Shown piece after piece: positions 17,271 to 26,668 of a stretch of DNA of 64,000 nt (its first letter is position 1; every line of letters starts with the position of its first letter). Source of the DNA: Candidatus Micrarchaeia archaeon (GTDB taxonomy: Archaea > Micrarchaeota > Micrarchaeia > Anstonellales > Bilamarchaeaceae); NCBI GenBank assembly GCA_041653635.1, contig JBAZFC010000001.1:335426-399425 (forward strand), written 5' to 3'. The position numbers and the translations under genes were made by a program. The notes beneath the pieces were generated by a model. It was not told the DNA's origin. It worked only from the letters and a program-made list of their open reading frames with translations, and ran no database searches.

Positions 17271-18637
17271 GCGCCCGGTTTTATGAATTCCGCAAATTCG
17301 GGATGCACTTTCCTCAATTCTTCCAGCATTTCCGAAGCCAATTCGCGGATGGTGAAGTGGGCGAATGGCGCGCTCCTTAATCTTATGAACGTGGCGAGCT
17401 CGCGCAGGTTCATGGTCGCGAGGACGCGGCGGTAGTGCGCATTGGTGGCGATGTAGCCAGCTGCGAAGGGATGAGTGGCTTCTATTCTTTGGAAGCATTC
17501 GGCGCTCTCCTTCATCGCCTCTGCGAATTCCTTTTTCATGCCGCATTTTTCAATGTCTTCGGGAACCCTGTAGCCGAGGGAAATGGTGGGCTCCTGGGCG
17601 CTTATAGTCATCATGCGGTGGCGCTTGAACTCGTAATAGGCGCCCTGGTCCATGAGCAGGTCAAAGGTGTAGGTTATGTGCTCCAGTTCGCGGATGGGCT
17701 TGAGGCCTTCCGGGAAGCGGGAGGAGATGGATTTGAACAGCTCCATCGCGCTGGAGGGCTTGGATGATTTAATGTGGGCTAGTGCATCCTCAAATGAGAG
17801 GCCGCTCCACCTATATAAGATGGAAGCGGAGAGGGATTCCAATGCATTTTTGTCGTAGTGGATAAGATGGACGCGCCTGCTGCCTACGGGCGAGGAGAAC
17901 TGATGGAATTGCTTGTGGGTTTCATTCTGGAAATCAACTAATGCAGGGTTTTCCTCCGCCCTCCTGAGGAGTGTGGGGAAGACCTGGGCGCCTGCGCTGC
18001 GGAGCATGGTTCCGGCTTTTCGCACTTCCGCGAGCGGGCTGGAAAGCATCTTTATGAGCGCGTATTCAAGGACGCGCGCGTTCATGGTTATGCCGACGTT
18101 GGCGAGCGTGGAGTTGGGGAGGAGGAAGCGGGCGGAATCCATCGCCATTGTTTTCAATTTTATTTCGTGTGCTTTTTCTTTTCCGGGCTCTGGCTTTGAG
18201 CTGGAGGAATAGAAATCAACAAGAGCGGAAATGGAGCGACCGTAGGTTGTGAAGAGGGAGGAGAGCGCATCCTCATAACCGCGCTGGAGGGGCGTTCCCT
18301 TTATTTCTTCTGGGAGATGGGTGTGCGACTTGTCCAGCTGCTGGTAGCGGGTGGATTTTTCCGTATAAGAACCGAGGCGGTTGGACTCTATGCATTCAAC
18401 CGCAAGGCGGGAGATGTCCTCCGCGGCGAGGTGCGCGACCGCATGCTCGGCGACGCTGGAGTGGCCGTAGCCCACCACCCATTTCTCATGGAATTTGGAT
18501 GAGGATTCGGCGCTCAGCTCCGCGGCTATTTTATCAAAGGGCTCCGGGGAGCGGCTGGTCTTGGCGAACGCGACGGCTGCAACCTCTTCGGAAATCCCTG
18601 TGAGCGGGTATATGCGCATCTCCGGCATGTGAATCAC
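17267..18637 (-). CDS. flavin-dependent thymidylate synthase ThyX-like, tandem-domain form
   Basis: 456 aa; first half has GHSSVAEH and STRY motifs, second half has FKRHRMM (RHR) motif, resembling a duplicated ThyX fold. Confidence 0.55.
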   Translation of the reverse strand: MIHMPEMRIYPLTGISEEVAAVAFAKTSRSPEPFDKIAAELSAESSSKFHEKWVVGYGHSSVAEHAVAHLAAEDISRLAVECIESNRLGSYTEKSTRYQQLDKSHTHLPEEIKGTPLQRGYEDALSSLFTTYGRSISALVDFYSSSSKPEPGKEKAHEIKLKTMAMDSARFLLPNSTLANVGITMNARVLEYALIKMLSSPLAEVRKAGTMLRSAGAQVFPTLLRRAEENPALVDFQNETHKQFHQFSSPVGSRRVHLIHYDKNALESLSASILYRWSGLSFEDALAHIKSSKPSSAMELFKSISSRFPEGLKPIRELEHITYTFDLLMDQGAYYEFKRHRMMTISAQEPTISLGYRVPEDIEKCGMKKEFAEAMKESAECFQRIEATHPFAAGYIATNAHYRRVLATMNLRELATFIRLRSAPFAHFTIRELASEMLEELRKVHPEFAEFIKPGA

Positions 18638-18891
18638 TTAAGTGCGAAATCCTTTGCGAATTTTCCAGCGGGAAAAACCAATCCCGCGGAGCAGCGGACC
18701 GGAAGGTCCATCTCGTTCGCGACCTTGAGCGCCTCTGTGAGCGGAAGGAGTACCTTCTTTTCCGGGACGAGGACCGGGATTTCGCCGAACGCGGTCTTTT
18801 CCTTAATCACTACGAAGGGGTGCAGCTGGAGGATTCCGGCGATGCGGATGTGGGCCTCAGCCCTTCCTTTTTTTATGAGTTCCTTGTTCAT
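18634..18891 (-). CDS. hypothetical small protein (85 aa)
   Basis: ORF whose stop overlaps the ThyX-like start and whose start overlaps the NAD kinase stop (operon-like). Confidence 0.35.
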   Translation of the reverse strand: MNKELIKKGRAEAHIRIAGILQLHPFVVIKEKTAFGEIPVLVPEKKVLLPLTEALKVANEMDLPVRCSAGLVFPAGKFAKDFALK

Positions 18892-19586
18892 GGGACCATC
18901 GCGAACCTTATTTTGCTCTTGTGCCTTTTTACGGAGACCTTGGCGCCCTCTCTCAACTGGACGAGCTGCTGGCCGTCTATGAGGAGGTGGGATGGCTGGG
19001 GGGAAGAGATTATGATTTCCCTGCGCGCATCCACCACCATCGGGTCAAAGGCGCGATGGAAGGGGGCGATTGGGACTATCTCCATCGCATCCAGGGATTC
19101 GTCCATCGCCGCGCCGCCTGCGGAATATGCATAGGCGGTTGAGCCGGTGGGGGTGGAGACGATTACGCCGTCGCCCTCAAAGGAGGCCTGCCTGCCCCCG
19201 ATTGAAACGGAAAGTTCCAGGATGCCGTGGTCCCTTGAGATTACCACGGCGTCGTTTATCGCGAAGCCTACTTCCTTGCCTTCTATGCATACGGAGAGGA
19301 GGATGCGCTCCTCTGCAACGGGATTTTTCAGGAATGCGGAAAGCTTTTCCTTCCAGTTGTGCTGCATGGAGCGGCAGATGTGGCTCTTTTCCCCGCCTAC
19401 CCCGAAGATTGCGCCCTCAAGTTCGTTCTTGTAATAAAGGATGGTGCCGTCGCCGCCAACGGTTATCGTGAGGTCGGCGCCTTTTTCAACCTCCTGCACC
19501 TTCGCGGATTTGAGGAACGCGGAGGCCTCCTTCGCGGTTTTCGCCGCCCAATCCTTGGTTTTGTTGTAGAGTATCTTTGCCTTCAT
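18888..19586 (-). CDS. nadK: NAD kinase
   Basis: GGDGT motif (ITVGGDGTILY), NDAVVISRDHG and DGVIVSTPTGSTAYAYSAGG motifs; start at internal Met MKAKILYNK (track ORF extends to 19664). Confidence 0.8.
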   Translation of the reverse strand: MKAKILYNKTKDWAAKTAKEASAFLKSAKVQEVEKGADLTITVGGDGTILYYKNELEGAIFGVGGEKSHICRSMQHNWKEKLSAFLKNPVAEERILLSVCIEGKEVGFAINDAVVISRDHGILELSVSIGGRQASFEGDGVIVSTPTGSTAYAYSAGGAAMDESLDAMEIVPIAPFHRAFDPMVVDARREIIISSPQPSHLLIDGQQLVQLREGAKVSVKRHKSKIRFAMVP

Positions 19587-19657
19587 TTGATTACCTGCAT
19601 ATTGACGGCGCGCGGGCCGCATGCGCTTATTTGGGAAGTCGGGTTTAAAATAAGTGG

Positions 19658-19975
19658 GTGGCAAACCGGGGCATGGCGGATACGGGGGTTGCCTGTGTTG
19701 TTGGCGTGCTTGCGCTGCTGCTTCTGCAGGGGTGCGCCCAGAGGGAGTGCTTCAAGCCGTGCCACATAGACCTGTACGGGGCGAACGGGTGCGCAGGCAC
19801 CCCGGACGGCGGGCCGCTGGCATGCACAGAGATGTACGCGGCAGGGGACAAGTGCCTGCAATACCTTTCATGCGACGGGTGCAACACCGTGAAGGACCCG
19901 AGGTTTGACGCGTGCGTAAGCTGCTTCAGGAGCTGCACCGGGGGTTTTGAGGACTGCGAGGCGAGATGCGGCTGA
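19658..19975 (+). CDS. small secreted cysteine-rich protein (lipoprotein-like)
   Basis: Signal peptide with LLLLQGC lipobox-like motif then 12 Cys in ~80 residues. Confidence 0.4.
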   Translation: MANRGMADTGVACVVGVLALLLLQGCAQRECFKPCHIDLYGANGCAGTPDGGPLACTEMYAAGDKCLQYLSCDGCNTVKDPRFDACVSCFRSCTGGFEDCEARCG

Positions 19976-20159
19976 GAGGCGCGGTCTTTTAATTTTCTTC
20001 TCTTCGGAATAATGAATACTGCTGTTGAGTAGAGAGCAAGAAAGGGCTTGAGGTTTTTGGGCTCCTTTTTGCGCCGAGCGAACGCTGAGGCGTGAGCGAG
20101 GCAACCCAAAGGCAGAACAATCCGAGCCTGGGGCGAGGATTGTGATGACAAAAAGGAGA

Positions 20160-20230
20160 GCGGCCGTAGTCTAGCGGTAGGATTTTGGCCTTCCAAGCCA
20201 ACGACCCGGGTTCGAATCCCGGCGGCCGCA
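20160..20230 (+). tRNA. tRNA-Gly (anticodon TCC)
   Basis: Acceptor GCGGCCG/CGGCCGC, anticodon loop CTTCCAA, T-arm CCGGG-TTCGAAT-CCCGG, discriminator A; near-identical backbone to tRNA-Gly(GCC) at 10904. Confidence 0.85.
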
Positions 20231-20246
20231 TTTTAGTGGCGAACAA

Positions 20247-20588
20247 TTATTTTTTCTGATTAGAAATGCGCTTTATCTCATGTGCAGCTATGCCCCTAAC
20301 GAATTCGTGAAGGTATACTAACTCTCGAGACTTTCTATTTACCAAATAAGTTTGTGTTTTACCAAATTTCTTATATCTCTTAATAAGACCCCAACCTACT
20401 AATTTAGGTATTGTTCTATACGCACTAGCCTTACCACGTATACCGCTTGTTTTACATATCTCATTTACATCAAATGGATACGGTGGAAGATTCGACACAT
20501 AACCTAAAACGCGCGACATAACAATTGGATTATCATAGAAGATATCTTCTAGCATGCTATGCGCCGCAGATCCATCAATCCTTCTCAT
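20247..20588 (-). CDS. hypothetical winged-helix-like DNA-binding protein in AT-rich island
   Basis: 113-aa basic ORF directly after the tRNA-Gly 3' end; region visibly AT-rich relative to the window. Confidence 0.4.
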   Translation of the reverse strand: MRRIDGSAAHSMLEDIFYDNPIVMSRVLGYVSNLPPYPFDVNEICKTSGIRGKASAYRTIPKLVGWGLIKRYKKFGKTQTYLVNRKSRELVYLHEFVRGIAAHEIKRISNQKK

Positions 20589-20991
20589 ATCATCACAATA
20601 CTACTCAACTAACTTACCTACCAAAGACATTTGTATATTGCCTACATAAAAAAAATGGGGCGGGGGAAATTTCATATCACTTATATATACCAATATATTT
20701 TTAAACATATCCAGATAGAAAAATCTGGAAGTTCTATAGATAATAAGAATTATTTGATTATAAATATTTTAAAATTTTTGTATTTCTATTAAAATTTTGA
20801 TATTTCGACCTGCTCAGGGATAAATTCAATTCTAAATAATCAATAAAACGAGTTTAGGAGATTTCACACATAGATATAAAAAGGAAGTAATTGTATATTG
20901 GAGCAGGTCCTCCCCAAAGAGGATACTGTGGAAGAAAGATGGGGCGGGGGAAACACCCATTTGTTCTCCCACGACGAGGGAAAACCATGAA

Positions 20992-21291
20992 ATGACCGAT
21001 AGAAACTATATCCGAACAGATGGGTGGTATATATGCGGATTACTGTACGACCGGAGAGCAACGTCTCCGGGGAGTGCGGTTAAATTCGAAGACTTCGTCA
21101 GACAAGCGAGCCGGACGGGATACGAGCCCGGATTTCGCGAATCTGTAAGAAGATTAATCCGTAAAGGGGTTATTGCCCAGTTCAGAAAAGGCAATGCCCT
21201 GTGGATATACCTAAACTTGAAGGTCTGGAGGAGGCTCGCTCCTCCATTTTCTTTTTTTGAACGAGTAAATACCCATATAAAGATTTTCTAA
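20992..21291 (+). CDS. hypothetical small basic protein (possible wHTH) in AT-rich island
   Basis: 99-aa ORF; divergent from 20247..20588 across a ~400-bp AT-rich spacer containing direct and inverted repeats. Confidence 0.3.
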   Translation: MTDRNYIRTDGWYICGLLYDRRATSPGSAVKFEDFVRQASRTGYEPGFRESVRRLIRKGVIAQFRKGNALWIYLNLKVWRRLAPPFSFFERVNTHIKIF

Positions 21292-21322
21292 TAATAGGGA
21301 AACGGCTTTTGGGGTAGAATGA

Positions 21323-22420
21323 ATGAACATTCCTAACATCTATAAGGGAGATTACCGGCTCTTGCTCATATTCCCGCTCATACTCGTAGCTTTATCCATA
21401 TATTATCTGCCGGACCTGAAGATGGGCGTGGACTTCAGGGGAGGGACGCTCATTACCCTCCACCTGACGAACCAGCCGGATGCGGCGGCGCTCCAGAGCG
21501 AGCTTTTGGCGAACGGGTTTGACGCGAACGTGAAGGTGTACGAGAGCGAGCTGGGCAGGGTTGCCGAAGTGGAGGTGTCGCAGACCGACCAGATGGTGCG
21601 GGCTGAGGCGCTGAAGAAGGAGTTTGCGGGCCAGCTGGAAAAGGTGGCTTTCCTGGAGGCTGATGCGAACGTAAACGCTTCAAAGGAGGCGGAATACCGC
21701 GCGGAGAGGCGGACGCTGGACGCGATGGCGGACGAGATGTTTGGGCTGGGCGGGCTGAACACCGAGGCGGGGATGTATGACAACCTGAACAGGCTGCAGG
21801 ACAAGTTCAATGAGGCATACATGAGGGTGAACGACATACAGACCGCGCAGGTGATGGAGATAGTGGATAATCATGCGCAGTACAGCAGCAAATCCGCGAC
21901 GACGGTGAGCCCGGCGCTGAGCACGCATTTCCTGGAGAACGCGGGCAGGGTTGTAATAATGTCGGCGCTGCTCAGCGTGGCGCTTGTGTTCTTCTTCTTC
22001 AGGGCGGTCGTGCCCAGCATAGCGGTGATAACGGGCGCGGCATGCGACGTAATCATAGCGATGGGCGCGATGAGCTTCTTCGGGATTCCCCTTACTTTGC
22101 CTTCATTTGCGGCGCTGCTGATGTTGATAGGGTTCTCGCTGGACACGGACGTGCTGCTCACCACTAGATTGGTGAAGAGGAGGGGCGACCCGAGGGAGAA
22201 CGCTTTTGACGCGATGAAGACGGGAATGACGATGAGCTTCTCCGCGATGGTGGCGTTCCTAGTGCTGTTCGCGGTGTCCATGATAACGCACATTGCTGTG
22301 TATTACGAGATTTCGGCGGTCGCGCTGGCGGGGCTGGTGGGCGACGTGTTCGCGACGTGGGGGCTTAACGCAGTGATGGTGCTTTACTATAAGGAGCACA
22401 TGAAGGGAGGTGGCGCCTGA
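21323..22420 (+). CDS. secF: protein-export membrane protein SecF-like (SecD/SecF family)
   Basis: N-terminal TM, GVDFRGGT motif, extracytoplasmic domain, then C-terminal multi-TM bundle. Confidence 0.75.
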   Translation: MNIPNIYKGDYRLLLIFPLILVALSIYYLPDLKMGVDFRGGTLITLHLTNQPDAAALQSELLANGFDANVKVYESELGRVAEVEVSQTDQMVRAEALKKEFAGQLEKVAFLEADANVNASKEAEYRAERRTLDAMADEMFGLGGLNTEAGMYDNLNRLQDKFNEAYMRVNDIQTAQVMEIVDNHAQYSSKSATTVSPALSTHFLENAGRVVIMSALLSVALVFFFFRAVVPSIAVITGAACDVIIAMGAMSFFGIPLTLPSFAALLMLIGFSLDTDVLLTTRLVKRRGDPRENAFDAMKTGMTMSFSAMVAFLVLFAVSMITHIAVYYEISAVALAGLVGDVFATWGLNAVMVLYYKEHMKGGGA

Positions 22421-24060
22421 TGGACCACAAGAAAGTCATTATTGCGCTGGCGCTGCTTTTCGCGGCGGGCATATATGCGTACCCGGTTTTCGCCGGGCTG
22501 GTGCTGATGTGCGCGCTCATACTGTTCGGCGCGCTTTCCCATTTCTGGGAGGGCAGGGAGCTGAAGCTCATCTGCCTTGGCGCAATTATACTGCTCGCGG
22601 GGTTCAACCTCGTGCTGCACGGGATGAAGTTCGGGATAGACTTTAGCGGGGGGACGAGGATTCCCGTGGTGCTGGAGCAGCCGGCGCAGGGCACAGTGAT
22701 GGACGAGATGGTGAATTCCATCAAGAAAAGGGCGTCCGCGTTCGGGCTGACCGAAGTGAAGGTGAGGGCGGTAGGCGACTCGCAGATAAACGTGGAAGTG
22801 CCGAGTTCGGACCCTGAGTTCATCAGGTCCGTGGAGGATATCCTGTCGCAGCAGGGGGTTTATACCGGCGTGGTGGACGGGAAAGCCGCGATGAAGGGTG
22901 AATTCATACTTCCCGGGACCATATACCAGATTTCCGCATCGCAGCTGCAGGGGGAGGACTGGGGCGTGGGATTTTCCGTAAATAGGGCGGGTGCGGAGCT
23001 GTTCGCGAGCGTGGTGAATGGGAAGGCGTATTATCCTGTTTATATGTTCCTGGACAGGCCAAATGATGCGGTTATAGTGGCTTCGTGGGACGAGCTGAAG
23101 GGAACCAGCCAGGTGATTGACAGGGCGGGGATGCTCACCGCGATGAGGAAGGCGCTCGCGCTTGAGGGGAATGATATTGAACTTTATGTTTATGACGGGA
23201 ACCTCAGCGGGATAGAGCCAGGGACGAACCAAACGAAGGCGATAATCTCAAAGGAAATGAATGCGAGCATAGGGCGGGAGCTCCGCGGGCTGGGTTTCAA
23301 TGTGGTTGTGGCGGAGGAGGGGATAACTCCGACGCTCATGTATGGGGAGGACACACAGGAGTACGTGGTGGAAGAATGGCCCGCGGTCGGGCTGCTTTCC
23401 TCACCGAGCCTTTCCCCGGACATAGCCACGGGCATACCTGCGTACAACTTCCGGATTGGAGGGGTTGCGCAGGGGGCAGGGAACGAGAAGGCGCTTTCGG
23501 CGTATGAGAGCGCGAAGAAGATTGAGTCCATATTGAAGGGAGGGGCGCTGCCGGTGCAGATTTCCATAGGTTCAAAGACAGTGATACCTGCGCCGCTGGG
23601 CGAGGAGTTCCTCAGGCTGAGCATAATCGGGCTGGGGCTTTCGCTGATAGCGATTTCGGCGCTTGTTTCATTGCGCTATAGGAAGATGAGCATACTGTTG
23701 CCGATTATAGTGATAAGCTTCTCCGAGATGGTGATACTGCTCTCGGTCATCGGTTCCTTTACGATAGACCTTGCCGCGATGGCGGGCATAATAGCCGCGA
23801 TAGGGGTGGGTGTGGACTCGCAGATAGTCATTACGGATGAATTGCTCAAGAAGGAAGGGTCGCGAGACGAGAAATTGGGGAAGGCGTTTGATATTGTGAC
23901 AACCACGGTCACGGTGGCGGTGTTCGCAATGGTTCCGCTTTTGTTCTCGGGAATGGTGGAAATCATCGGGTTCGCGATTTCAACCATATTGGGGGCGCTG
24001 CTGGGGCTGCTGCTTTCCAGGCCGGCGTATGCCGCCATAGTGGAGGGGATTGGGGACTAG
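22420..24060 (+). CDS. secD: protein-export membrane protein SecD-like (SecD/SecF family)
   Basis: GIDFSGGTRI motif, large extracytoplasmic domain, C-terminal multi-TM bundle; start overlaps secF stop. Confidence 0.75.
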   Translation: MDHKKVIIALALLFAAGIYAYPVFAGLVLMCALILFGALSHFWEGRELKLICLGAIILLAGFNLVLHGMKFGIDFSGGTRIPVVLEQPAQGTVMDEMVNSIKKRASAFGLTEVKVRAVGDSQINVEVPSSDPEFIRSVEDILSQQGVYTGVVDGKAAMKGEFILPGTIYQISASQLQGEDWGVGFSVNRAGAELFASVVNGKAYYPVYMFLDRPNDAVIVASWDELKGTSQVIDRAGMLTAMRKALALEGNDIELYVYDGNLSGIEPGTNQTKAIISKEMNASIGRELRGLGFNVVVAEEGITPTLMYGEDTQEYVVEEWPAVGLLSSPSLSPDIATGIPAYNFRIGGVAQGAGNEKALSAYESAKKIESILKGGALPVQISIGSKTVIPAPLGEEFLRLSIIGLGLSLIAISALVSLRYRKMSILLPIIVISFSEMVILLSVIGSFTIDLAAMAGIIAAIGVGVDSQIVITDELLKKEGSRDEKLGKAFDIVTTTVTVAVFAMVPLLFSGMVEIIGFAISTILGALLGLLLSRPAYAAIVEGIGD

Positions 24061-24061
24061 T

Positions 24062-24077
24062 TGTAACCATGGTTACA
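24062..24077. promoter_or_regulatory. 16-bp perfect palindrome TGTAACCATGGTTACA (copy 1), 16 nt upstream of the thrS ATG
   Basis: Exact palindrome read directly; four copies in the window, all intergenic. Confidence 0.5.
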
Positions 24078-24093
24078 TTACAGGTGTGGGCTC

Positions 24094-25998
24094 ATGAAGG
24101 AACTTATCATACACGCGGACAAGGTTTCCTACGAAACGACAAGGAAAACGAAGGTCGCCGAGGAGATTTCCAAGGAGATGGAAAAGGGCGAGATGAAGGA
24201 CGTAATCTGGGCTCGTATTGCGGTGGAGAAGACGGACGAGGAGGACCTCCCTGGGATTGCGCAGCAGGCGGTTGAGGACCTGATTTCCGTTTCCGACCAA
24301 GTGAAATGCAAGAATGTCATGCTCTACCCGTATGCGCATTTGCTCTTTGGGAGCACACCTTCCTCCCCCGAGGCCGCAATACAGGTGATTAAAGATATAG
24401 AAGGGGCGCTGAAAGAGGAAGGCTTCAACGTGATGAGGGCGCCTTTTGGATATTATAAGAAATTCAAGGTTGATACCAAGGGGCATCCGCTCAGTGAACT
24501 CTCGCGGGTATTCACTCCGGGGATGAAAGCGGAGAAAAAGGAGATGAAGATAAAGAGCGTGGAGACTGAGGAGAAGGTTTCCTCATCCTTGCAGAAGGAG
24601 GCGGGGCTGAAGAGCAGGTTCTATGTTTTGACTCCGGACGGAAAACTTGTTGAGCATGAAAAGTTCAATTACAAGGGGCACGATGGGCTCCAGAAGTTCA
24701 TGACCTATGAGACGAAAAAGGTTCGCGCCTATGAGAAGGAGCCGCCCCACATAAAGATAATGAAGGAACATGAATTTGTGGATTATGAGCCTGGGACGGA
24801 CCAGGGGAACTTCCGCTGGTATCCAAACGGGCGGTTGATTAAGAAAATACTTGAGAAGAGCATAACCGATTTTTGTGTAGATTACGGAGCGATGGAAGTG
24901 GAGACGCCCGTGATGTATGATTTTGAGCACCCTACGCTGAAGAAGTATTTGGATAGGTTTCCTGCAAGGCAGTACGTGGTGCTTTCGGATGACAAGAAAT
25001 TGTTCCTTCGGTTCGCGGCGTGCTTCGGGCAGTTCCTTATGGCTACGGGAATGGTGATTTCGCACAAGCACCTTCCGTTGAAAATGTATGAGCTTACCCG
25101 GTATTCCTTTAGGCGGGAGCAAGGGGGGGAGCTTGCCGGGCTCAAAAGGTTGCGCGCATTCACGATGCCGGATATGCACGCCTTCTGCAGGGACATCCCG
25201 CAGTCGCAGGAGGAATTTGAGAGGCAGCTGGGATTGGGGATGTCGTGGCTGGATTCCGTCGGGTTGTTTGGGGCTGCGGAGATTGGGTTCCGGATAGAGA
25301 CTGCGTTTTATGAGAAGAACAAGGATTGGTACAAGCGGATGGTGAAGAAGATTGGGAAGCCGGTGCTCGTGGAGATGTTCGACGAGAGGTATGCGTATTT
25401 CATTACCAAATTTGAATTCAATTTCATAGATTCCATGGACAAGGCTTCTGCTCTCACTACTGTGCAAATTGATGTGGAGAATGCAGATACTTATGGGATA
25501 CATTATGTGGATGAGGACGGGAGCAAGAAGAAGCCGGTGATTACTCACGCATCCATTTCCGGGAGCCTGGAAAGGGTGGTGTATGCCCTCTTGGAAAAGG
25601 AAGGGATGCAGATGGAGAAAGGGGAGAAGGCGATGCTCCCCCTCTGGCTTTCGCCCACGCAGGTCAGGATTATTCCTATTTCTGAAAAGCATATGGAGTA
25701 TGCGGGGAAACTGTTTTCCTCCTTTGATGGGGTGCGGGCGGACATAGATGACAGGGTGGAAACCCTTGGAAAGAAGATAAGGCAGGCGGAGAAGGATTGG
25801 GTTCCCTACGTTGCGGTTGTGGGGGACAAGGAGATGGAGACCGGGAAATTGGCGATTACGGTTAGGGAAACTGGGCAGAAGAAGGAAATGAAAGCTGAGG
25901 AATTGGCTGCGGAGATTAGAAAGATTACTGAAGGGAAGCCGTTTGAGCAGCTCAGCCTGCCTAAGGAATTATCCTTGAGGCCAATATTCCACGGTTAG
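24094..25998 (+). CDS. thrS: threonyl-tRNA synthetase, archaeal type with N-terminal editing domain
   Basis: 634 aa; archaeal-style N-terminal editing domain, class II aaRS core (FRREQGGELAGLKRLRAFTMPDMHAF), C-terminal anticodon-binding domain. Confidence 0.85.
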   Translation: MKELIIHADKVSYETTRKTKVAEEISKEMEKGEMKDVIWARIAVEKTDEEDLPGIAQQAVEDLISVSDQVKCKNVMLYPYAHLLFGSTPSSPEAAIQVIKDIEGALKEEGFNVMRAPFGYYKKFKVDTKGHPLSELSRVFTPGMKAEKKEMKIKSVETEEKVSSSLQKEAGLKSRFYVLTPDGKLVEHEKFNYKGHDGLQKFMTYETKKVRAYEKEPPHIKIMKEHEFVDYEPGTDQGNFRWYPNGRLIKKILEKSITDFCVDYGAMEVETPVMYDFEHPTLKKYLDRFPARQYVVLSDDKKLFLRFAACFGQFLMATGMVISHKHLPLKMYELTRYSFRREQGGELAGLKRLRAFTMPDMHAFCRDIPQSQEEFERQLGLGMSWLDSVGLFGAAEIGFRIETAFYEKNKDWYKRMVKKIGKPVLVEMFDERYAYFITKFEFNFIDSMDKASALTTVQIDVENADTYGIHYVDEDGSKKKPVITHASISGSLERVVYALLEKEGMQMEKGEKAMLPLWLSPTQVRIIPISEKHMEYAGKLFSSFDGVRADIDDRVETLGKKIRQAEKDWVPYVAVVGDKEMETGKLAITVRETGQKKEMKAEELAAEIRKITEGKPFEQLSLPKELSLRPIFHG

Positions 25999-26645
25999 AA
26001 AGCGCCCGCAAACTCCTGCAGGAACTTCACCGGGTCCTTTGCCTTCACATAGGCGGAGGCGAGGAGCACTCCTTTTGCCCCAAGCTCCAGAGATTTCTTC
26101 ACATCCTCTTTGGTGCTTACTCCTGCGCCGCAGAGGACCTTGACCGCGGAATTTGAGGCGCGGACGGCTTCCACTGTAGAAGTGATTACTTCGGGTTTAG
26201 CTGTGGAAACGGAAATGCCGGAGCCGATGAGTTCGGGTGGCTCAACCGCGATGTAATCCGGGCCAAACTTGGCTAATTCTGCGCACTCCGTGGCGTTCTC
26301 TCCGCAAACCACTGTTTCCAAACCCTGGGTTTTGAGAAGGGAAACGGTCTTGCCCACATTTTCAGTTCCTATCCTGTGCTCGGAGTGGTTTATGAGCGAG
26401 CCTTTTACATTAATGGATTTGAGCGCCTCGGGAATCAAATAGCCCGTGTGCGCGCCCTGCTCAAACGCATCCGTGTGCTGGGCGAACACATCCTTGTACA
26501 TGGAGGATGCACAGTTGAGGTGCGTGGGCGGCGGGCAGACAATTATGCGGACTCCTGTGTCGTGGGAAACCTTTGCCGCCGCATCCGTGAGGGAAAGGCA
26601 ACGCGCGAAGGATGCGGAGTAATTTTTCAGATTAAGGACTATCAT
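25995..26645 (-). CDS. tpiA: triosephosphate isomerase (short archaeal type)
   Basis: 216 aa, N-terminal MIVLNLKNY, catalytic region LINHSEHR, VCGENA, GAGVST motifs. Confidence 0.85.
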   Translation of the reverse strand: MIVLNLKNYSASFARCLSLTDAAAKVSHDTGVRIIVCPPPTHLNCASSMYKDVFAQHTDAFEQGAHTGYLIPEALKSINVKGSLINHSEHRIGTENVGKTVSLLKTQGLETVVCGENATECAELAKFGPDYIAVEPPELIGSGISVSTAKPEVITSTVEAVRASNSAVKVLCGAGVSTKEDVKKSLELGAKGVLLASAYVKAKDPVKFLQEFAGAF

Positions 26646-26668
26646 ATAGACACCTAGTGCAGTAATGG

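Larger units (their letters stand above)
20231..21320. other. AT-rich island adjacent to the 3' end of tRNA-Gly(TCC)
   Basis: Visibly lower GC than the rest of the window; two small basic ORFs, ~400-bp non-coding spacer with direct repeat ATGGGGCGGGGGAAA (20655..20669 and 20939..20953) and inverted repeat GACCTGCTC/GAGCAGGTC (~20808 and ~20901). Confidence 0.5.

Noticed and set aside
20231-21320. Complete integrated provirus or plasmid with integrase at the tRNA-Gly(TCC) island
   Set aside because: No integrase, transposase or capsid-like ORF is present; only two small ORFs and non-coding DNA, so at most a remnant.
22387-23232. Minus-strand ORF 22387..23232 (281 aa) and others antisense to secD
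   Set aside because: Arg/His/Pro-rich compositions typical of antisense frames; the + frame encodes SecD motifs.
24583-25692. Minus-strand 369-aa ORF antisense to thrS
   Set aside because: Leu/Arg/His/Pro-rich shadow frame; the + frame is a clear class II aaRS.
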